64,000 bases of DNA, taken from contig OZ244042.1 of assembly GCA_965215015.1 (NCBI GenBank), positions 3,936,001 through 4,000,000 of the forward strand, read 5' to 3'. Of this stretch, positions 19,795 to 30,821 are shown in pieces. The notes below the pieces were generated by a model. It was not told the DNA's origin, searched no databases, and was given only the letters and a program-made list of their open reading frames with translations. The position numbers were made by a program, and so were the translations under genes. Numbering within the stretch: the first letter of the stretch is position 1; each line of letters starts with the position of its first letter. This stretch comes from Candidatus Poribacteria bacterium. GTDB lineage: Bacteria > Poribacteria > WGA-4E > PCPOR2b.

Positions 19795-20892
19795 GTGACA
19801 GAAAAACTCAAGCGCACCCCCCTCTACCATGTTCATAAAAAACTTGGTGCAAGGCTGATTGAATTTGGCGGGTGGGAGATGCCTGTGCAATATAGCAGCA
19901 TCATTGACGAACACCTGACCGTCAGATCAAATGTAGGGATATTTGACGTTTCACACATGGGAGAACTCGAAATCCGAGGTCCCGGATCCCTATCATTGAT
20001 CCAAAAGCTGATTGCTAACGATGCTGCCAAGCTCGGTGATGGGCAAGTACTCTATACACCAATGTGCACAGAAACAGGGGGAATTGTGGATGATCTACTT
20101 GTCTATCGTTTCGCGGCCGACCGATATATGTTCGTCGTCAACGCATTGAATATCGAAAAGGATTTGGAGTGGATACACGGTCACAGTGAAACGGGGGTAG
20201 AGATTGAAGACCGGAGTGACGAAACTGCCCTTGTCGCGCTGCAAGGCCGAAACGCCTCCCAGTGCCTTCAAACCCTGACTGGTGTTGATCTAACAACGAT
20301 GGACTATTACCGATTTATGGCAGGGAAAGTTGCCGATATCCCAACAATTATCTCAAGGACAGGCTACACCGGAGAAATCGGTTTTGAGCTTTATGTCGAA
20401 GCCAAGGACGGTGCGGCGGTGTGGAATGTCGTCTACGAGGCAACAAACGCCATCGGCGGGAAGCCAATTGGACTCGGTGCGAGAGACACCCTCCGGCTAG
20501 AGGCACGATTGTGTCTGTACGGCAATGACATTGACGAAACGACAACACCGTTGGAAGCAGGATTACGATGGACAGTAGATTTCGACAAAGGGAGTTTCAT
20601 TGGTCGAGAGGCTTTGATTCGGCAAGCTGACGAGGGGATTAAACGCCGCTTGATGGGTTTTCGGATGCTGGATCGCAGCGTTGCACGGACGCACCATGCG
20701 GTTTATCGTAACGATCAGCGCATCGGAGAGGTCACGAGTGGTGCGCCGGCACCGAGCCTAAAAGATAATATCGGCCTCACCTACCTTCCAATCGAAATGA
20801 GCCAGATTAACACCAAAATCGAGATTGAAATCCGTGGGAAACGTCATCCTGCGAAGGTAGTCAGAACGCCGTTCTATCAAGCACCGATTTAG
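19795..20892 (+). CDS. gcvT: Glycine cleavage T protein
   Basis: FGGWEMPVQY, FDVSHMG, SRTGYTGE, GLGARDTLRLEA. Confidence 0.98.
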   Translation: MTEKLKRTPLYHVHKKLGARLIEFGGWEMPVQYSSIIDEHLTVRSNVGIFDVSHMGELEIRGPGSLSLIQKLIANDAAKLGDGQVLYTPMCTETGGIVDDLLVYRFAADRYMFVVNALNIEKDLEWIHGHSETGVEIEDRSDETALVALQGRNASQCLQTLTGVDLTTMDYYRFMAGKVADIPTIISRTGYTGEIGFELYVEAKDGAAVWNVVYEATNAIGGKPIGLGARDTLRLEARLCLYGNDIDETTTPLEAGLRWTVDFDKGSFIGREALIRQADEGIKRRLMGFRMLDRSVARTHHAVYRNDQRIGEVTSGAPAPSLKDNIGLTYLPIEMSQINTKIEIEIRGKRHPAKVVRTPFYQAPI

Positions 20893-20905
20893 AAGAGGAA
20901 GTCAG

Positions 20906-21295
20906 ATGTTTCCTGCAGATCTAAAGTACATGAAAAGCCACGAATGGGCAAGACATGAAGGCAACATCGTCAGCATTGGTGTCAGCGACTACGCGCAAGC
21001 GGAGATTCAGGATGTTGTCTACGTTGAACTGCCAGAAGTGGGTACGACTCTTGAGCAACACAAAACGTTTGGTGTTATTGAATCCGTTAAAGCGGCATTT
21101 GATCTCTATGCTCCTGCCAGTGGCGAAGTCGTTGAAATCAATGAAGAACTTGAAGATGCACCGGAGTTAGTGAATGAAGCTCCTTACGGTGACGGTTGGA
21201 TGGTTAGAGTTCGTATGAGTGATTTGAGCGAATTGGAAGGGCTCATGTCTGCAAGTGAATATCAGACAATGATTGAGATAGGAGAAAATGAGTAA
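20906..21295 (+). CDS. gcvH: Glycine cleavage H protein
   Basis: SHEW, lipoyl Lys ESVKA, PYGDGW. Confidence 0.98.
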   Translation: MFPADLKYMKSHEWARHEGNIVSIGVSDYAQAEIQDVVYVELPEVGTTLEQHKTFGVIESVKAAFDLYAPASGEVVEINEELEDAPELVNEAPYGDGWMVRVRMSDLSELEGLMSASEYQTMIEIGENE

Positions 21296-24224
21296 AACCC
21301 TTCAAGCCCTCAATTTCACAGACACTTTTGCTGACCGCCATATTGGTCCTCGTCCGGAAGATGTCGAATTGATGCTAGAAAAAATCGGGTATGCGTCGCT
21401 TGATGAACTAATTGAAGAAGCTGTCCCGGCGAGCATCCGTCACTACCAGCCATTAAATCTGGGTAAGCCCCGGACAGAGTCCGAAATGCTCAAGGACTTA
21501 AGGCAGATTGCATCTCAGAATCAGGTTTCTCGGTCTTTTATCGGAATGGGGTATTACAACTGCATCACGCCGCCTGTTATCCAGAGAAACATACTTGAGA
21601 ACCCTGGATGGTATACCGCATATACCCCGTATCAGGCGGAGATTGCACAAGGGCGGCTTGAGGCCCTGTTAAACTTTCAAACGATGGTTATTGACCTGAC
21701 TGGGCTGCCGATTGCCAATGCCTCGTTGCTAGACGAAAGCACGGCGGCAGCCGAAGCAATGGGAATGTGTCTTGCCCTAAGTAAGCGTGGTACTAGCACG
21801 ACTTTTTTTGTTTCAGAAACTTGTCATCCCCAGACAATCGGAGTCTTGAGGACCCGCGCAGAACCACTAGGGATTGAGTTAGTAATTGGAGACCATCGCG
21901 CTGCCGTGTTTGATGCACCTCTTTTGGGTGCCATTGTTCAATATCCGGCAAGTGATGGAACAATTTATGACTATAGTGACTTTGCCGAAAAGGTGCATGA
22001 GGCCGGTGGGTTATTAGTGGTTGCCGCCGATCTTTTGAGTCTGACGCTTTTGAAACCACCCGGTGAATTTGATGCTGATATTGCTGTTGGATCCACCCAA
22101 CGGTTCGGGGTGCCAATGGGGTATGGCGGTCCCCACGCCGCTTTCCTTTCAACGCAAGAGAAATTTAAGCGTAAGATGCCGGGTAGAATTGCAGGCCTCT
22201 CTCAGGATGTAGAGGGGCAGCCTGCGATTCGCCTTGCGCTCCAGACCCGGGAACAACATATCCGCAGGGAACAAGCGACGAGCAACATCTGCACGGCACA
22301 GGTGCTCTTGGCGGTGATGGCGAGCATGTATGCAGTGTATTACGGCCCCAAAGGGCTTCGCCGAATTGCGGAGCGTGTACATCTGCTCACAGGCGTCCTC
22401 CGTGAAGGATTGAAGCGAATCGGGTATGTGCTTGATGATAGTTGCTACTTTGATACATTCAGCCTCGATCTGGATTCACTCAAAGAGTCAAGTTACAGCC
22501 GTAATAGCGAGGCTAATCAACAGCCAGCGACCCCGGCGGCTACTCTTGATAATCTCTTGTCCATTGCCCATGCACATCAGATCAACTTCAGGGTTTTTGA
22601 CCACTCCCGCGTTGGAATTTCGCTTGATGAGACGACCTCCTTTCAGGATATCCGAGATCTCTTTGATATTTTCGCGTTAGGCAAGCCTCTGCCCTTCGAG
22701 ATCGAAGGTTTAATTCTTCGGGCTCAATCGGCAATTCCTGAGTCGTTGCAACGAAAGAGTTCTTATCTCACCCATCCGGTCTTTAACACTTATCACTCTG
22801 AAACAGAGATGCTGCGGTACATCCACAAACTGCAGGAAAAAGACCTATCCCTGACGACATCAATGATTCCGCTTGGGTCTTGCACGATGAAGTTAAACGC
22901 CACCGCTGAGATGCTTGCCGTCACTTGGCATGAGTTCAGCCAACTGCACCCATTTGCACCCCTTGAACAGACAAAGGGATACCAAACCCTCTTTGAGCAG
23001 CTCGAAACGTGGTTATCGGAATTGACAGGATTCCCCGGAATCTCCCTGCAACCCAATGCCGGATCACAGGGGGAGTATGCGGGGCTTCTGGTCATCCGCA
23101 AATATCATCAGTGCTGTGGTGAAAAGCATCGGGATGTCTGCCTGATTCCACGGTCTGCACACGGTACAAATCCTGCCAGCGCGGTGATGGTGGGTATGCG
23201 AGTGGTGGTGGTCAATTGTGACGATGAGGGAAATGTTGACCTCTTGGACCTTCAGGCAAAGGCAAAGCAGTACAGTAAAGAACTTGCAGCAGCAATGATT
23301 ACCTATCCTTCGACCCACGGAGTGTTTGAGGAAAAGATTCAGGAAATTTGCGAAATCATTCATCAGTACGGCGGACAAGTCTACATGGATGGCGCGAATA
23401 TGAACGCGATGGTAGGGTTATGCCGTCCGGGGGATTTTGGCCCAGATGTGTGCCATCTGAATCTGCATAAAACCTTCTGTATTCCGCATGGTGGGGGCGG
23501 TCCCGGAATGGGACCGATTGGTGTTAAAGCACACCTGAGCCCCTTTCTTCCGACCCACCCGGTCGTGCCAGTCGGTCAAAAAGATGGAATCAATCCAATT
23601 TCGGCAGCACCTTGGGGTAGTCCGAGCATCCTGCCGATTTCTTGGGGGTACATTGCGATGATGGGAGCAGAGGGACTCAAGTGTGCAACTGAAACCGCAA
23701 TTTTGAACGCGAATTACATTGCCAAACGATTAGAACCCTACTATTCGGTTTTGTACAAAGGGAACAACAGCCTTGTTGCGCACGAGTGTATCATTGACCT
23801 TCGTGACTTCAAGAAAACGGTTGACATCGGAGCAGGTGATCTCGCTAAACGGTTGATGGACTACGGCTTCCATGCACCTACCGTATCGTTTCCAGTTATG
23901 GAAACAATGATGATTGAACCGACTGAAAGCGAATCAAAGGGTGAGCTAGATCGCTTCTGCGAAGCGATGATCTCTATCCGGAAGGAAATTGCAGAAATCG
24001 AGAACAGCAAAGCCGATCGTTCGGACAACGTTCTCAAAAATGCGCCTCATATCGCAGTGCAGGTTATGCAGACTGATTGGGATCGCGAGTATTCTCGCGA
24101 AAAGGCGGCTTTTCCTGCACCGTGGACCCGCGAGCGAAAATATTGGCCCCCTGTCGCACGAATTAACGAAGTTCACGGAGATCGCAACCTGATTTGTGCT
24201 TGCCCTCCGATTGATTCTTATTAG
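21288..24224 (+). CDS. gcvP: Glycine dehydrogenase (single-chain P protein)
   Basis: [22 protein letters not shown] Lys NLHKTF. Confidence 0.99.
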   Translation: MSKTLQALNFTDTFADRHIGPRPEDVELMLEKIGYASLDELIEEAVPASIRHYQPLNLGKPRTESEMLKDLRQIASQNQVSRSFIGMGYYNCITPPVIQRNILENPGWYTAYTPYQAEIAQGRLEALLNFQTMVIDLTGLPIANASLLDESTAAAEAMGMCLALSKRGTSTTFFVSETCHPQTIGVLRTRAEPLGIELVIGDHRAAVFDAPLLGAIVQYPASDGTIYDYSDFAEKVHEAGGLLVVAADLLSLTLLKPPGEFDADIAVGSTQRFGVPMGYGGPHAAFLSTQEKFKRKMPGRIAGLSQDVEGQPAIRLALQTREQHIRREQATSNICTAQVLLAVMASMYAVYYGPKGLRRIAERVHLLTGVLREGLKRIGYVLDDSCYFDTFSLDLDSLKESSYSRNSEANQQPATPAATLDNLLSIAHAHQINFRVFDHSRVGISLDETTSFQDIRDLFDIFALGKPLPFEIEGLILRAQSAIPESLQRKSSYLTHPVFNTYHSETEMLRYIHKLQEKDLSLTTSMIPLGSCTMKLNATAEMLAVTWHEFSQLHPFAPLEQTKGYQTLFEQLETWLSELTGFPGISLQPNAGSQGEYAGLLVIRKYHQCCGEKHRDVCLIPRSAHGTNPASAVMVGMRVVVVNCDDEGNVDLLDLQAKAKQYSKELAAAMITYPSTHGVFEEKIQEICEIIHQYGGQVYMDGANMNAMVGLCRPGDFGPDVCHLNLHKTFCIPHGGGGPGMGPIGVKAHLSPFLPTHPVVPVGQKDGINPISAAPWGSPSILPISWGYIAMMGAEGLKCATETAILNANYIAKRLEPYYSVLYKGNNSLVAHECIIDLRDFKKTVDIGAGDLAKRLMDYGFHAPTVSFPVMETMMIEPTESESKGELDRFCEAMISIRKEIAEIENSKADRSDNVLKNAPHIAVQVMQTDWDREYSREKAAFPAPWTRERKYWPPVARINEVHGDRNLICACPPIDSY

Positions 24225-24360
24225 TTTCAGGGTTACACAGTTGAGATATTTTCGTCCTTGATATTGTACGTTATGCGTTGTATAGGGGGACGCGACTTTT
24301 GCAAACAAAGTGTGTAAACTCTACAATGCCTATCATGTTCTACGTGAGCGGGTAAATCTA

Positions 24361-25755
24361 ATGAAAGCAATTATTATTGGTGCGGGAGAGGTTGGATTTC
24401 ATACGGCAAAACTCTTGGTCGAAGACAATAACGATGTTATTCTCATCGATCAATCGAAAGAGGCTTGTCAGCGGGTTCAAGAGCAGTTGGATTTAATAAC
24501 CCTTGAGGGATCAGGGGCTTCACCCACTTTATTGGTAGAAGCTGGAATTAAAGAAGCGGAACTCCTGATGGCGGTAACAAACTCCGATGAGATTAATATG
24601 CTGGCGTGCGTGATTGCCTCCCGACATGGTGTTAAGACAAAAGTGGCGCGCGTATCCAATCCCGACTACTTCGCCAACGAAACGAATTTATCCCCGAAAG
24701 ATATTGGAATTAATCTGCTGATTAATCCGGAACAACTTTGTGCAGAGGAATTCTATCGTCTACTTAATATTCCAGAAGCCCGTGAAATCGTCGAATTTGA
24801 AGAGGGCAAGGTACAGTTAGTTGCATTTCAGGTCAAGCCGACCAACCCGCTTCGAGGCACATCCCTCACCCGTCTAGCGGATCGCGGCATCCCTTCCGAT
24901 TTGCGTATTACGGCAATTAAGCGTAAGGATGGCACGACAATCGTGCCTAAAGGTCAAGACTTCATTCTCGAAGATGATGAGGTCTTTGCCATCGGCAGTC
25001 GTGAGTCGACTGCACACCTGCTTGAATTTTCGGGAGTTTCATTAAATCAAAAAATCCATCGTGTCATTATCGTTGGTGCGGAACGGATTGGGATTTCCCT
25101 CGCACAAACCCTTGAGAAAAATGGTACGCAGGTGAAAATCATTGAAGCCAATCGGGAGAGGGCTGAGGCTGCATCAATAATTCTGAGAAAAACAACCGTT
25201 TTGCATGGGGACTACCTTAACCCCGGCTTGTTGGAAGAAGCTGGCGTGGACGGGGTAGACGGGTTCGTATCCGTAACCGGTGATGATGAAAATGACGTGA
25301 TGGCTTGCGTAACCGCCAAGCAGCATGGGGCTGCTCGGGTGCTTGCCCTAGTTCAGCAGCCGCGTTACCTACCGATTCTGGAAAGTATTCCGACAGTCGA
25401 TGCGGCCGTGAGTCGCCATCTGACAGCGGTCAGCAACATTCTCCGTCTCGTCCGTCGGGGGCAGATTGTCTCAGCAGCATCACTACGTGAGATTGATGCT
25501 GAGGTAATCGAGCTTGTTGCCGGACCAAATTCGCAAATTACCTATAACGAAATTCAACACCTCGGCGGAATGCTGCCCGAAGATGTATTGATAGGTGCCA
25601 TTGTGCGGCAGAATCGTGTCCTGATCCCGACCGGGCAAAGCGTGATTCAAGCAGGAGATCGTGTGATTATCTTCACCATGCCTGATTCTATTCCCGTCGT
25701 TGAAAAGCTCTTTGTAGAACCGAAGATTAAGCGTTTCCTTGGTCAAAAAAAATGA
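24361..25755 (+). CDS. trkA: Trk potassium uptake NAD-binding subunit
   Basis: MKAIIIGAGEVG, two RCK_N/RCK_C repeats. Confidence 0.95.
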   Translation: MKAIIIGAGEVGFHTAKLLVEDNNDVILIDQSKEACQRVQEQLDLITLEGSGASPTLLVEAGIKEAELLMAVTNSDEINMLACVIASRHGVKTKVARVSNPDYFANETNLSPKDIGINLLINPEQLCAEEFYRLLNIPEAREIVEFEEGKVQLVAFQVKPTNPLRGTSLTRLADRGIPSDLRITAIKRKDGTTIVPKGQDFILEDDEVFAIGSRESTAHLLEFSGVSLNQKIHRVIIVGAERIGISLAQTLEKNGTQVKIIEANRERAEAASIILRKTTVLHGDYLNPGLLEEAGVDGVDGFVSVTGDDENDVMACVTAKQHGAARVLALVQQPRYLPILESIPTVDAAVSRHLTAVSNILRLVRRGQIVSAASLREIDAEVIELVAGPNSQITYNEIQHLGGMLPEDVLIGAIVRQNRVLIPTGQSVIQAGDRVIIFTMPDSIPVVEKLFVEPKIKRFLGQKK

Positions 25756-25770
25756 ATACCCTATAATTCC

Positions 25771-27267
25771 GTGAATCTAAAACTAGTTCTATATACACTC
25801 GGTAATTTGTTGATTTGTCTTTCTGCGGCGATGTTGTGTCCGTTGTTTATCGCCCTTTTCCGTAGAACGGCGGATGGCGGATCTGATCTGCAAGCATTTA
25901 TTTCCTCTTTTTGCGTCACGCTCATTGTCGGATTGACACTTCGTCTGACAACCAAATCGAACCAGGGACTTAGCAACAAAGAAGGATTTGCAGTTGTCTC
26001 GTTAGGCTGGGCGGTTACTGCACTGTTTGGATCGCTCCCGTATCTTTTCGATCGTGTATTTGCAGAAGCCGGGAGAAATTGGCTGGCCGAGTTTTCGTTC
26101 TGCTATTTTGAATCCATGTCCGGCTTCACGACGACGGGCGCGACCGTTCTCACTGAAATCGAGCATCTGACCCATGCTATCCTGTTCTGGCGCAGCCTGA
26201 CACATTGGCTGGGTGGCATGGGTATTGTTGTGCTCGCCGTAGCAATCCTACCGATGTTAGGGGTTGGCGGGATGCAGCTTTATCGTGCAGAGGTGCCTGG
26301 GCCTCAAAAAGACCGTCTAACACCACGCATCACACAGACTGCAAAGCTGCTTTGGGGTGTTTATGTCCTTATCTCTGCTGTCGAAATGTTATTACTATGG
26401 CTCGGTGGAATGACATGGTTCGATGCCCTTTGCCATACCTTCGGGACGATGGCGACCGGTGGTTTTTCAACCCAAAATTTGAGTATTGGTCAATACAACA
26501 GCGTCTACTTTGATGTTGTTATTATCATTTTTATGTTCCTTGCCGGAACGAACTTTTCCCTACACTATCGCGCCTTGCGCGGCGATTTCAAAAGCTACGT
26601 TCGAGACTCTGAGTTCCGCTTCTACGGCTTGACACTGTTCCTGTGTATCGGCTTGATCGTCTGGAACACAATGTTCGTAAGGGTTGATGGGCAAGTTGTT
26701 TTCGGTTCATTTGGAACGGCTCTGCGTTACGCTGCTTTTCAGGTCGTATCAATCATCACGACGACTGGCTACGGAACCTTCAACTTTGAGCAGTGGCCCG
26801 CACTATCACAGTTTCTTTTGGCCCTTCTGATGTTTTTCGGCGGATGTGCAGGGTCAACAGGGGGCGGGATGAAACACATCCGTTTACTGCTACTTATCAA
26901 ACAGGGATATGTCGAAATTAAGCGGCTGATACTCCCATACGCGGTCCTGCCCATTAAACTTGGCGACCGGGTCGTTCCGCAAGAGGTGATGACAAACATT
27001 CTCGGCTTTTTCTTCCTGTTTATCGGCATCTTCGCGATGGTTACCTGTATCATGGCGGCACTAGGGTTGGATCTGATCAGTGCCGCTGCTGCCACTATCG
27101 CAACCATGGGAAATATAGGTCCCGGCCTTGGATCTGTTGGTCCCCTTGACAATTACGCACACATTCCCACACTCGGGAAATTTATTCTCTGTTTTTGCAT
27201 GTTATTAGGACGCCTAGAGCTATACACTGTCTTGGTTTTATTCGCTCCAGAGTTGTGGAGAAGATAA
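25771..27267 (+). CDS. trkH: Trk potassium uptake membrane subunit
   Basis: FESMSGFTTTGA, GGCAGSTGGG, GNIGPG, GRLE. Confidence 0.96.
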   Translation: MNLKLVLYTLGNLLICLSAAMLCPLFIALFRRTADGGSDLQAFISSFCVTLIVGLTLRLTTKSNQGLSNKEGFAVVSLGWAVTALFGSLPYLFDRVFAEAGRNWLAEFSFCYFESMSGFTTTGATVLTEIEHLTHAILFWRSLTHWLGGMGIVVLAVAILPMLGVGGMQLYRAEVPGPQKDRLTPRITQTAKLLWGVYVLISAVEMLLLWLGGMTWFDALCHTFGTMATGGFSTQNLSIGQYNSVYFDVVIIIFMFLAGTNFSLHYRALRGDFKSYVRDSEFRFYGLTLFLCIGLIVWNTMFVRVDGQVVFGSFGTALRYAAFQVVSIITTTGYGTFNFEQWPALSQFLLALLMFFGGCAGSTGGGMKHIRLLLLIKQGYVEIKRLILPYAVLPIKLGDRVVPQEVMTNILGFFFLFIGIFAMVTCIMAALGLDLISAAAATIATMGNIGPGLGSVGPLDNYAHIPTLGKFILCFCMLLGRLELYTVLVLFAPELWRR

Positions 27268-27322
27268 ACGTAAGACCTAAAGCGAAAGACTGATATAAAA
27301 AGAAAGTGTAAAGCGCGAAGAT

Positions 27323-27353
27323 AAACCGAGTGTTTTCTTGAAAACTCGGTTTC
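27323..27353. repeat. REP-like palindrome, possible terminator
   Basis: AAACCGAGT..ACTCGGTTT. Confidence 0.55.
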
Positions 27354-27394
27354 TGTTACACGATTTCTTAACATGAGCGAAGCGAGAAAAGCGC

Positions 27395-27886
27395 GTGATT
27401 GATTCAGTCTACTTTAATGTCCTACGCCGTATTCATGCCCGGTTGTCCAACACAGATGTAAATTGGGTCGTCACAGGGAGTCTGGGCTTTGCACTTCAAG
27501 GAATCTCCGTCCAACTCAACGACATTGACCTCCAAACGGACAAAGCGGGTGCTTATAAAATTGAAAGCCTGTTTTCAGATGTGGTGATCAGGCCGGTCAA
27601 ATTTTCCACTACAGAACAGATTAGATCCCACTTTGGTGCTTTGCAAATTGACAGCATTGAGGTGGAAATCATGGGGGATATTCAGAAACGGGGTGTGGAT
27701 GGCGTCTGGGAGGAACGTATAAATCCTGCACATTACAGACGAACGGTGGAGATTGCAGGATTACTTGTGCCAGTTCTATCTTTAGAATATGAGTATCAAG
27801 CCTATCTAAAGTTAGGAAGAATTGAGAAGGCAAAGATATTAAAGGACTGGCTAGACAGTGAACAAAATTACAACCATTTCATTTGA
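27395..27886 (+). CDS. Nucleotidyltransferase-fold protein
   Basis: WVVTGSLGFALQG..DIDL (GS..DxD). Confidence 0.7.
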   Translation: MIDSVYFNVLRRIHARLSNTDVNWVVTGSLGFALQGISVQLNDIDLQTDKAGAYKIESLFSDVVIRPVKFSTTEQIRSHFGALQIDSIEVEIMGDIQKRGVDGVWEERINPAHYRRTVEIAGLLVPVLSLEYEYQAYLKLGRIEKAKILKDWLDSEQNYNHFI

Positions 27887-28553
27887 TGCAGACGGCACAC
27901 TGTGGGACTTTGAAGGAGTGATGCGTCACGCGTTGGTGTGTACGTTGGCTGAACTCCGTCGAATTGTTCCTTCTGTTCCTGACTCCCTCTCTGTTGAAAC
28001 ACTGATTGCCATTCGGAATCAAGTTGCAAAAGAACAAAAAGGCAAAGGATTGACGCACGAAGCGATTCGGCTCGAAGCGTTCAAGCACACGCTTCAATTT
28101 ATCAAAAGCCCTGACGCCGACCTTGCCGCTCACCTTAATGCACTGTACCTGAAACATCGATTTGAAGATATTCAACTCTTCGACGATGTGCTCCCCGCCC
28201 TGAATGTACTGCAAGGGCATTATATGATGGGGCTGCTGTCCAATGGCAATACCTATCCAGAGCGTTGTGGGTTGGCAGGATACTTTCAATTCGTGGTACT
28301 TGCTCAGGACTACGGCGTCCAAAAACCCGATCCGCGGCTTTTCGAGATTGCTATCAAACGTGCAGGTTGCACGAAACGCCAGTTGCTACATATAGGCGAT
28401 TCATTCCAAAATGACATCATCGGTGCAAAACGGGCTGGCGTGAAATCCGTTTGGCTGAACCGTCAGGATAAAGATAATGGAACAGGGCAGCAACCTGATT
28501 TTGAAATATCGTCTCTAAGGGAACTGGCAGAGATCCTTAAGAATTTCGTGTAA
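27858..28553 (+). CDS. HAD-superfamily hydrolase
   Basis: FDADGTL, LSNG, KPDP, HIGDS..NDI. Confidence 0.92.
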   Translation: MNKITTISFDADGTLWDFEGVMRHALVCTLAELRRIVPSVPDSLSVETLIAIRNQVAKEQKGKGLTHEAIRLEAFKHTLQFIKSPDADLAAHLNALYLKHRFEDIQLFDDVLPALNVLQGHYMMGLLSNGNTYPERCGLAGYFQFVVLAQDYGVQKPDPRLFEIAIKRAGCTKRQLLHIGDSFQNDIIGAKRAGVKSVWLNRQDKDNGTGQQPDFEISSLRELAEILKNFV

Positions 28554-28601
28554 TCATCGAGTGGTTCTGCATAAGCGTAAATCATCTAAAGGAGGCTAAA
28601 C

Positions 28602-29678
28602 ATGCCACAGCTTTTCGGAAATCAGTACACTAAACAGCAACTGTTAGAATTGGTTGGGGATATGACCCAATTGGCAGGAGCTCGCCGAGCGGAGTTGATG
28701 GAAGGAAACGAACGGGGCTCCGATTTGATTGAAGTTTTCAACGCTTCTGGCCTCTGTTTTTCAATCCTGCCGGGGCGTTCCCTTGATGTCGCTTCTGCCC
28801 ACTATAGGGGGATGTCCCTGTGCTTTCGTGGCAACACCGGCGATGTGGGGCCCGCCTTCTATGAACCCCAGGGCTATGGATGGATGCGTGGTTTTTTTGG
28901 TGGTTTGGTGACCAGCTGCGGTATGACCTTCACCGGCCATCCTGAAGTGGATCCCAAAGAAGAAAATGAGGAGCTTGGACTTCACGGGCGTCTTTCCTTT
29001 ATTCCAGCCAAAGGTGTTGTCGCTGAGTGCGGATGGGAAGGGGAGGATTACGTAGTGCGTGTCCGAGGAAAGATGCGTGAGGCGGTGGTCTTTGGAACTA
29101 ATTTGGAGCTGACCCGAGAAATCTCTACAGTGCTAGGCGAAAAATGTCTGCGGATTTATGACCGCATTGAGAATCTCAGTGTGGACCGCTCGCCGTTGAT
29201 GTTTGTCTACCATACGAACCCCGGTTTTCCAATCTTGGACGCCGGCAGCCGCGTGGTAATCAACAGTGAGAAGAGCACGGAATGGTTGGAAGATCGGGAG
29301 GTCAGCCCTGGAGACTACACTGTGGCCCGTGGACCGCAGCAGGAGGCGCACGACGATGTATACATACACCGGCCCATCGCAGATGAGGGGGAGAACGTAC
29401 ATGTCGGTCTGGTTAACGACAATCTACAACTTGGACTTTACTGGAAATTCCCTATTAAAGAGATGCCTATCGTTACCCATTGGCAACACTTCCACAGAGG
29501 CACTTATGTAACCGGCATCGAACCGGGCAATGTCAGTATGTTGGGGCGCGCCTGGAATCGTAAGCAGGGATATTTACAATATATCCAGCCCGGTGAAACC
29601 CGTGAATTTCATCTGGAAATTGGAATTCTAGAGGGTGAGAGTGAAATTCGTGCGCTGGAGCAGCGGATGGGTGGGTAA
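28602..29678 (+). CDS. Aldose 1-epimerase-like protein (DUF4432)
   Basis: ILPGRSLDV, GLHGR, YHTNPG, GIEPG. Confidence 0.85.
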   Translation: MPQLFGNQYTKQQLLELVGDMTQLAGARRAELMEGNERGSDLIEVFNASGLCFSILPGRSLDVASAHYRGMSLCFRGNTGDVGPAFYEPQGYGWMRGFFGGLVTSCGMTFTGHPEVDPKEENEELGLHGRLSFIPAKGVVAECGWEGEDYVVRVRGKMREAVVFGTNLELTREISTVLGEKCLRIYDRIENLSVDRSPLMFVYHTNPGFPILDAGSRVVINSEKSTEWLEDREVSPGDYTVARGPQQEAHDDVYIHRPIADEGENVHVGLVNDNLQLGLYWKFPIKEMPIVTHWQHFHRGTYVTGIEPGNVSMLGRAWNRKQGYLQYIQPGETREFHLEIGILEGESEIRALEQRMGG

Positions 29679-29705
29679 TCGTTAGGCTCTTAAACCTGTT
29701 AAAAA

Positions 29706-30173
29706 TCATGGAAGCAGGTGTTCACATTCCCGACACTTCCATTTTCTTTTTAAAAATGGAAGAGGAATGCTTAAAATTGCCCAAGAGGCGAACACCAGTC
29801 GGCGTGAGAATTTCTCATAATACACATTTTCTGATCCACATTTTGGACAACGGATCTCGCTATTATCGTCGCTTTCCTGATCCGCCTCAGAATCCGCCGG
29901 GGCTGACTCCTCCCTGATTACATCGGGATTCAAAACAGCTTGGAGGATTTCTTTCGCTCGCTCGACATCTGATGCCTTTACCCGCACTCCAACACCGCCA
30001 ATGGCATTTGAGTAGAGCCAATTCATAGTGACAGTGTGCTCATTAGTAACAAAACACTCGATACCCTCTGATTCTAACCATGCCACAACCGGATCTGCTT
30101 CGGTGGGATGACTAAACTTAGCGACTGTTATGAACTCCTCTCTGTCTGTGTCGGGATTCGGGGCAACTGGCAT
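29706..30173 (-). CDS. DUF2007 domain protein with Zn ribbon and membrane hairpin
   Basis: LESEGIECF..YSNAIGGV.VRV, CPKC, CREC; RBS AGGAG. Confidence 0.8.
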   Translation of the reverse strand: MPVAPNPDTDREEFITVAKFSHPTEADPVVAWLESEGIECFVTNEHTVTMNWLYSNAIGGVGVRVKASDVERAKEILQAVLNPDVIREESAPADSEADQESDDNSEIRCPKCGSENVYYEKFSRRLVFASWAILSIPLPFLKRKWKCRECEHLLP

Positions 30174-30241
30174 TTTTCAGCTCCTTTATTGAAAACGAAA
30201 AAGCACAGATTGTTTCGCGGTGGGCCATAGTTAACAAAAAG

Positions 30242-30734
30242 ATGATTATACTCCTCGTTTTGTCTGTCGCTTTTGGTTATATCTTTTGCCTCATCCGCGC
30301 AAGCACAGCCTCATACGACATCCTTCAATTCAGTTCAATGCAAAGGGTTAATCGTAACTGACCTACTTGGTAGACCTGCCATTATATTAAAAACTAGCCA
30401 TCCAACAGAAAACAGCATAGTCATACATAACACAAGAGGAAGACAAGCAATCGGTCTATTTGCCAGCACCGATACAAATAGTATATCTATATACCGAAAA
30501 TTAAACAAACCACAAATGATCTAGCTATTGATCGGTCAGGACCAGTAATAGGTATGACCGATGAGATACATAGCAGGAACCTCCCAAGTTTTACTATCCA
30601 CCCACCCGTACGTAGAAAACCTAATGTTAATCAACGATAACAAGAGGGGTAAACTTGCAATCAACCTACTTGTTCATCCACAACATAGGTACTCGCATAA
30701 ATACCTAACTCCAACACATCTTGACGCTTCATAG
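30242..30734 (+). pseudogene. Frameshifted gene for a secreted repeat protein
   Basis: Signal-like MIILLVLSVAFG in one frame; FNSVQCKGLIVTD..NSIVIHNTRGRQAIGL in another; NLMLINDNKRGKLAINL after further breaks; AT-rich. Confidence 0.5.
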
Positions 30735-30821
30735 ATCACCCCGTTCAGAATTTATTAAATTGTTGGTTATAATCTAAATACAGTGTTAGTGCATTCTATA
30801 AAAGCACAGATTGTCAAGTGG

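Noticed and set aside
18930-19795. Glycine riboswitch before gcvT
   Set aside because: No aptamer motifs seen, and no leader space before gcvT.
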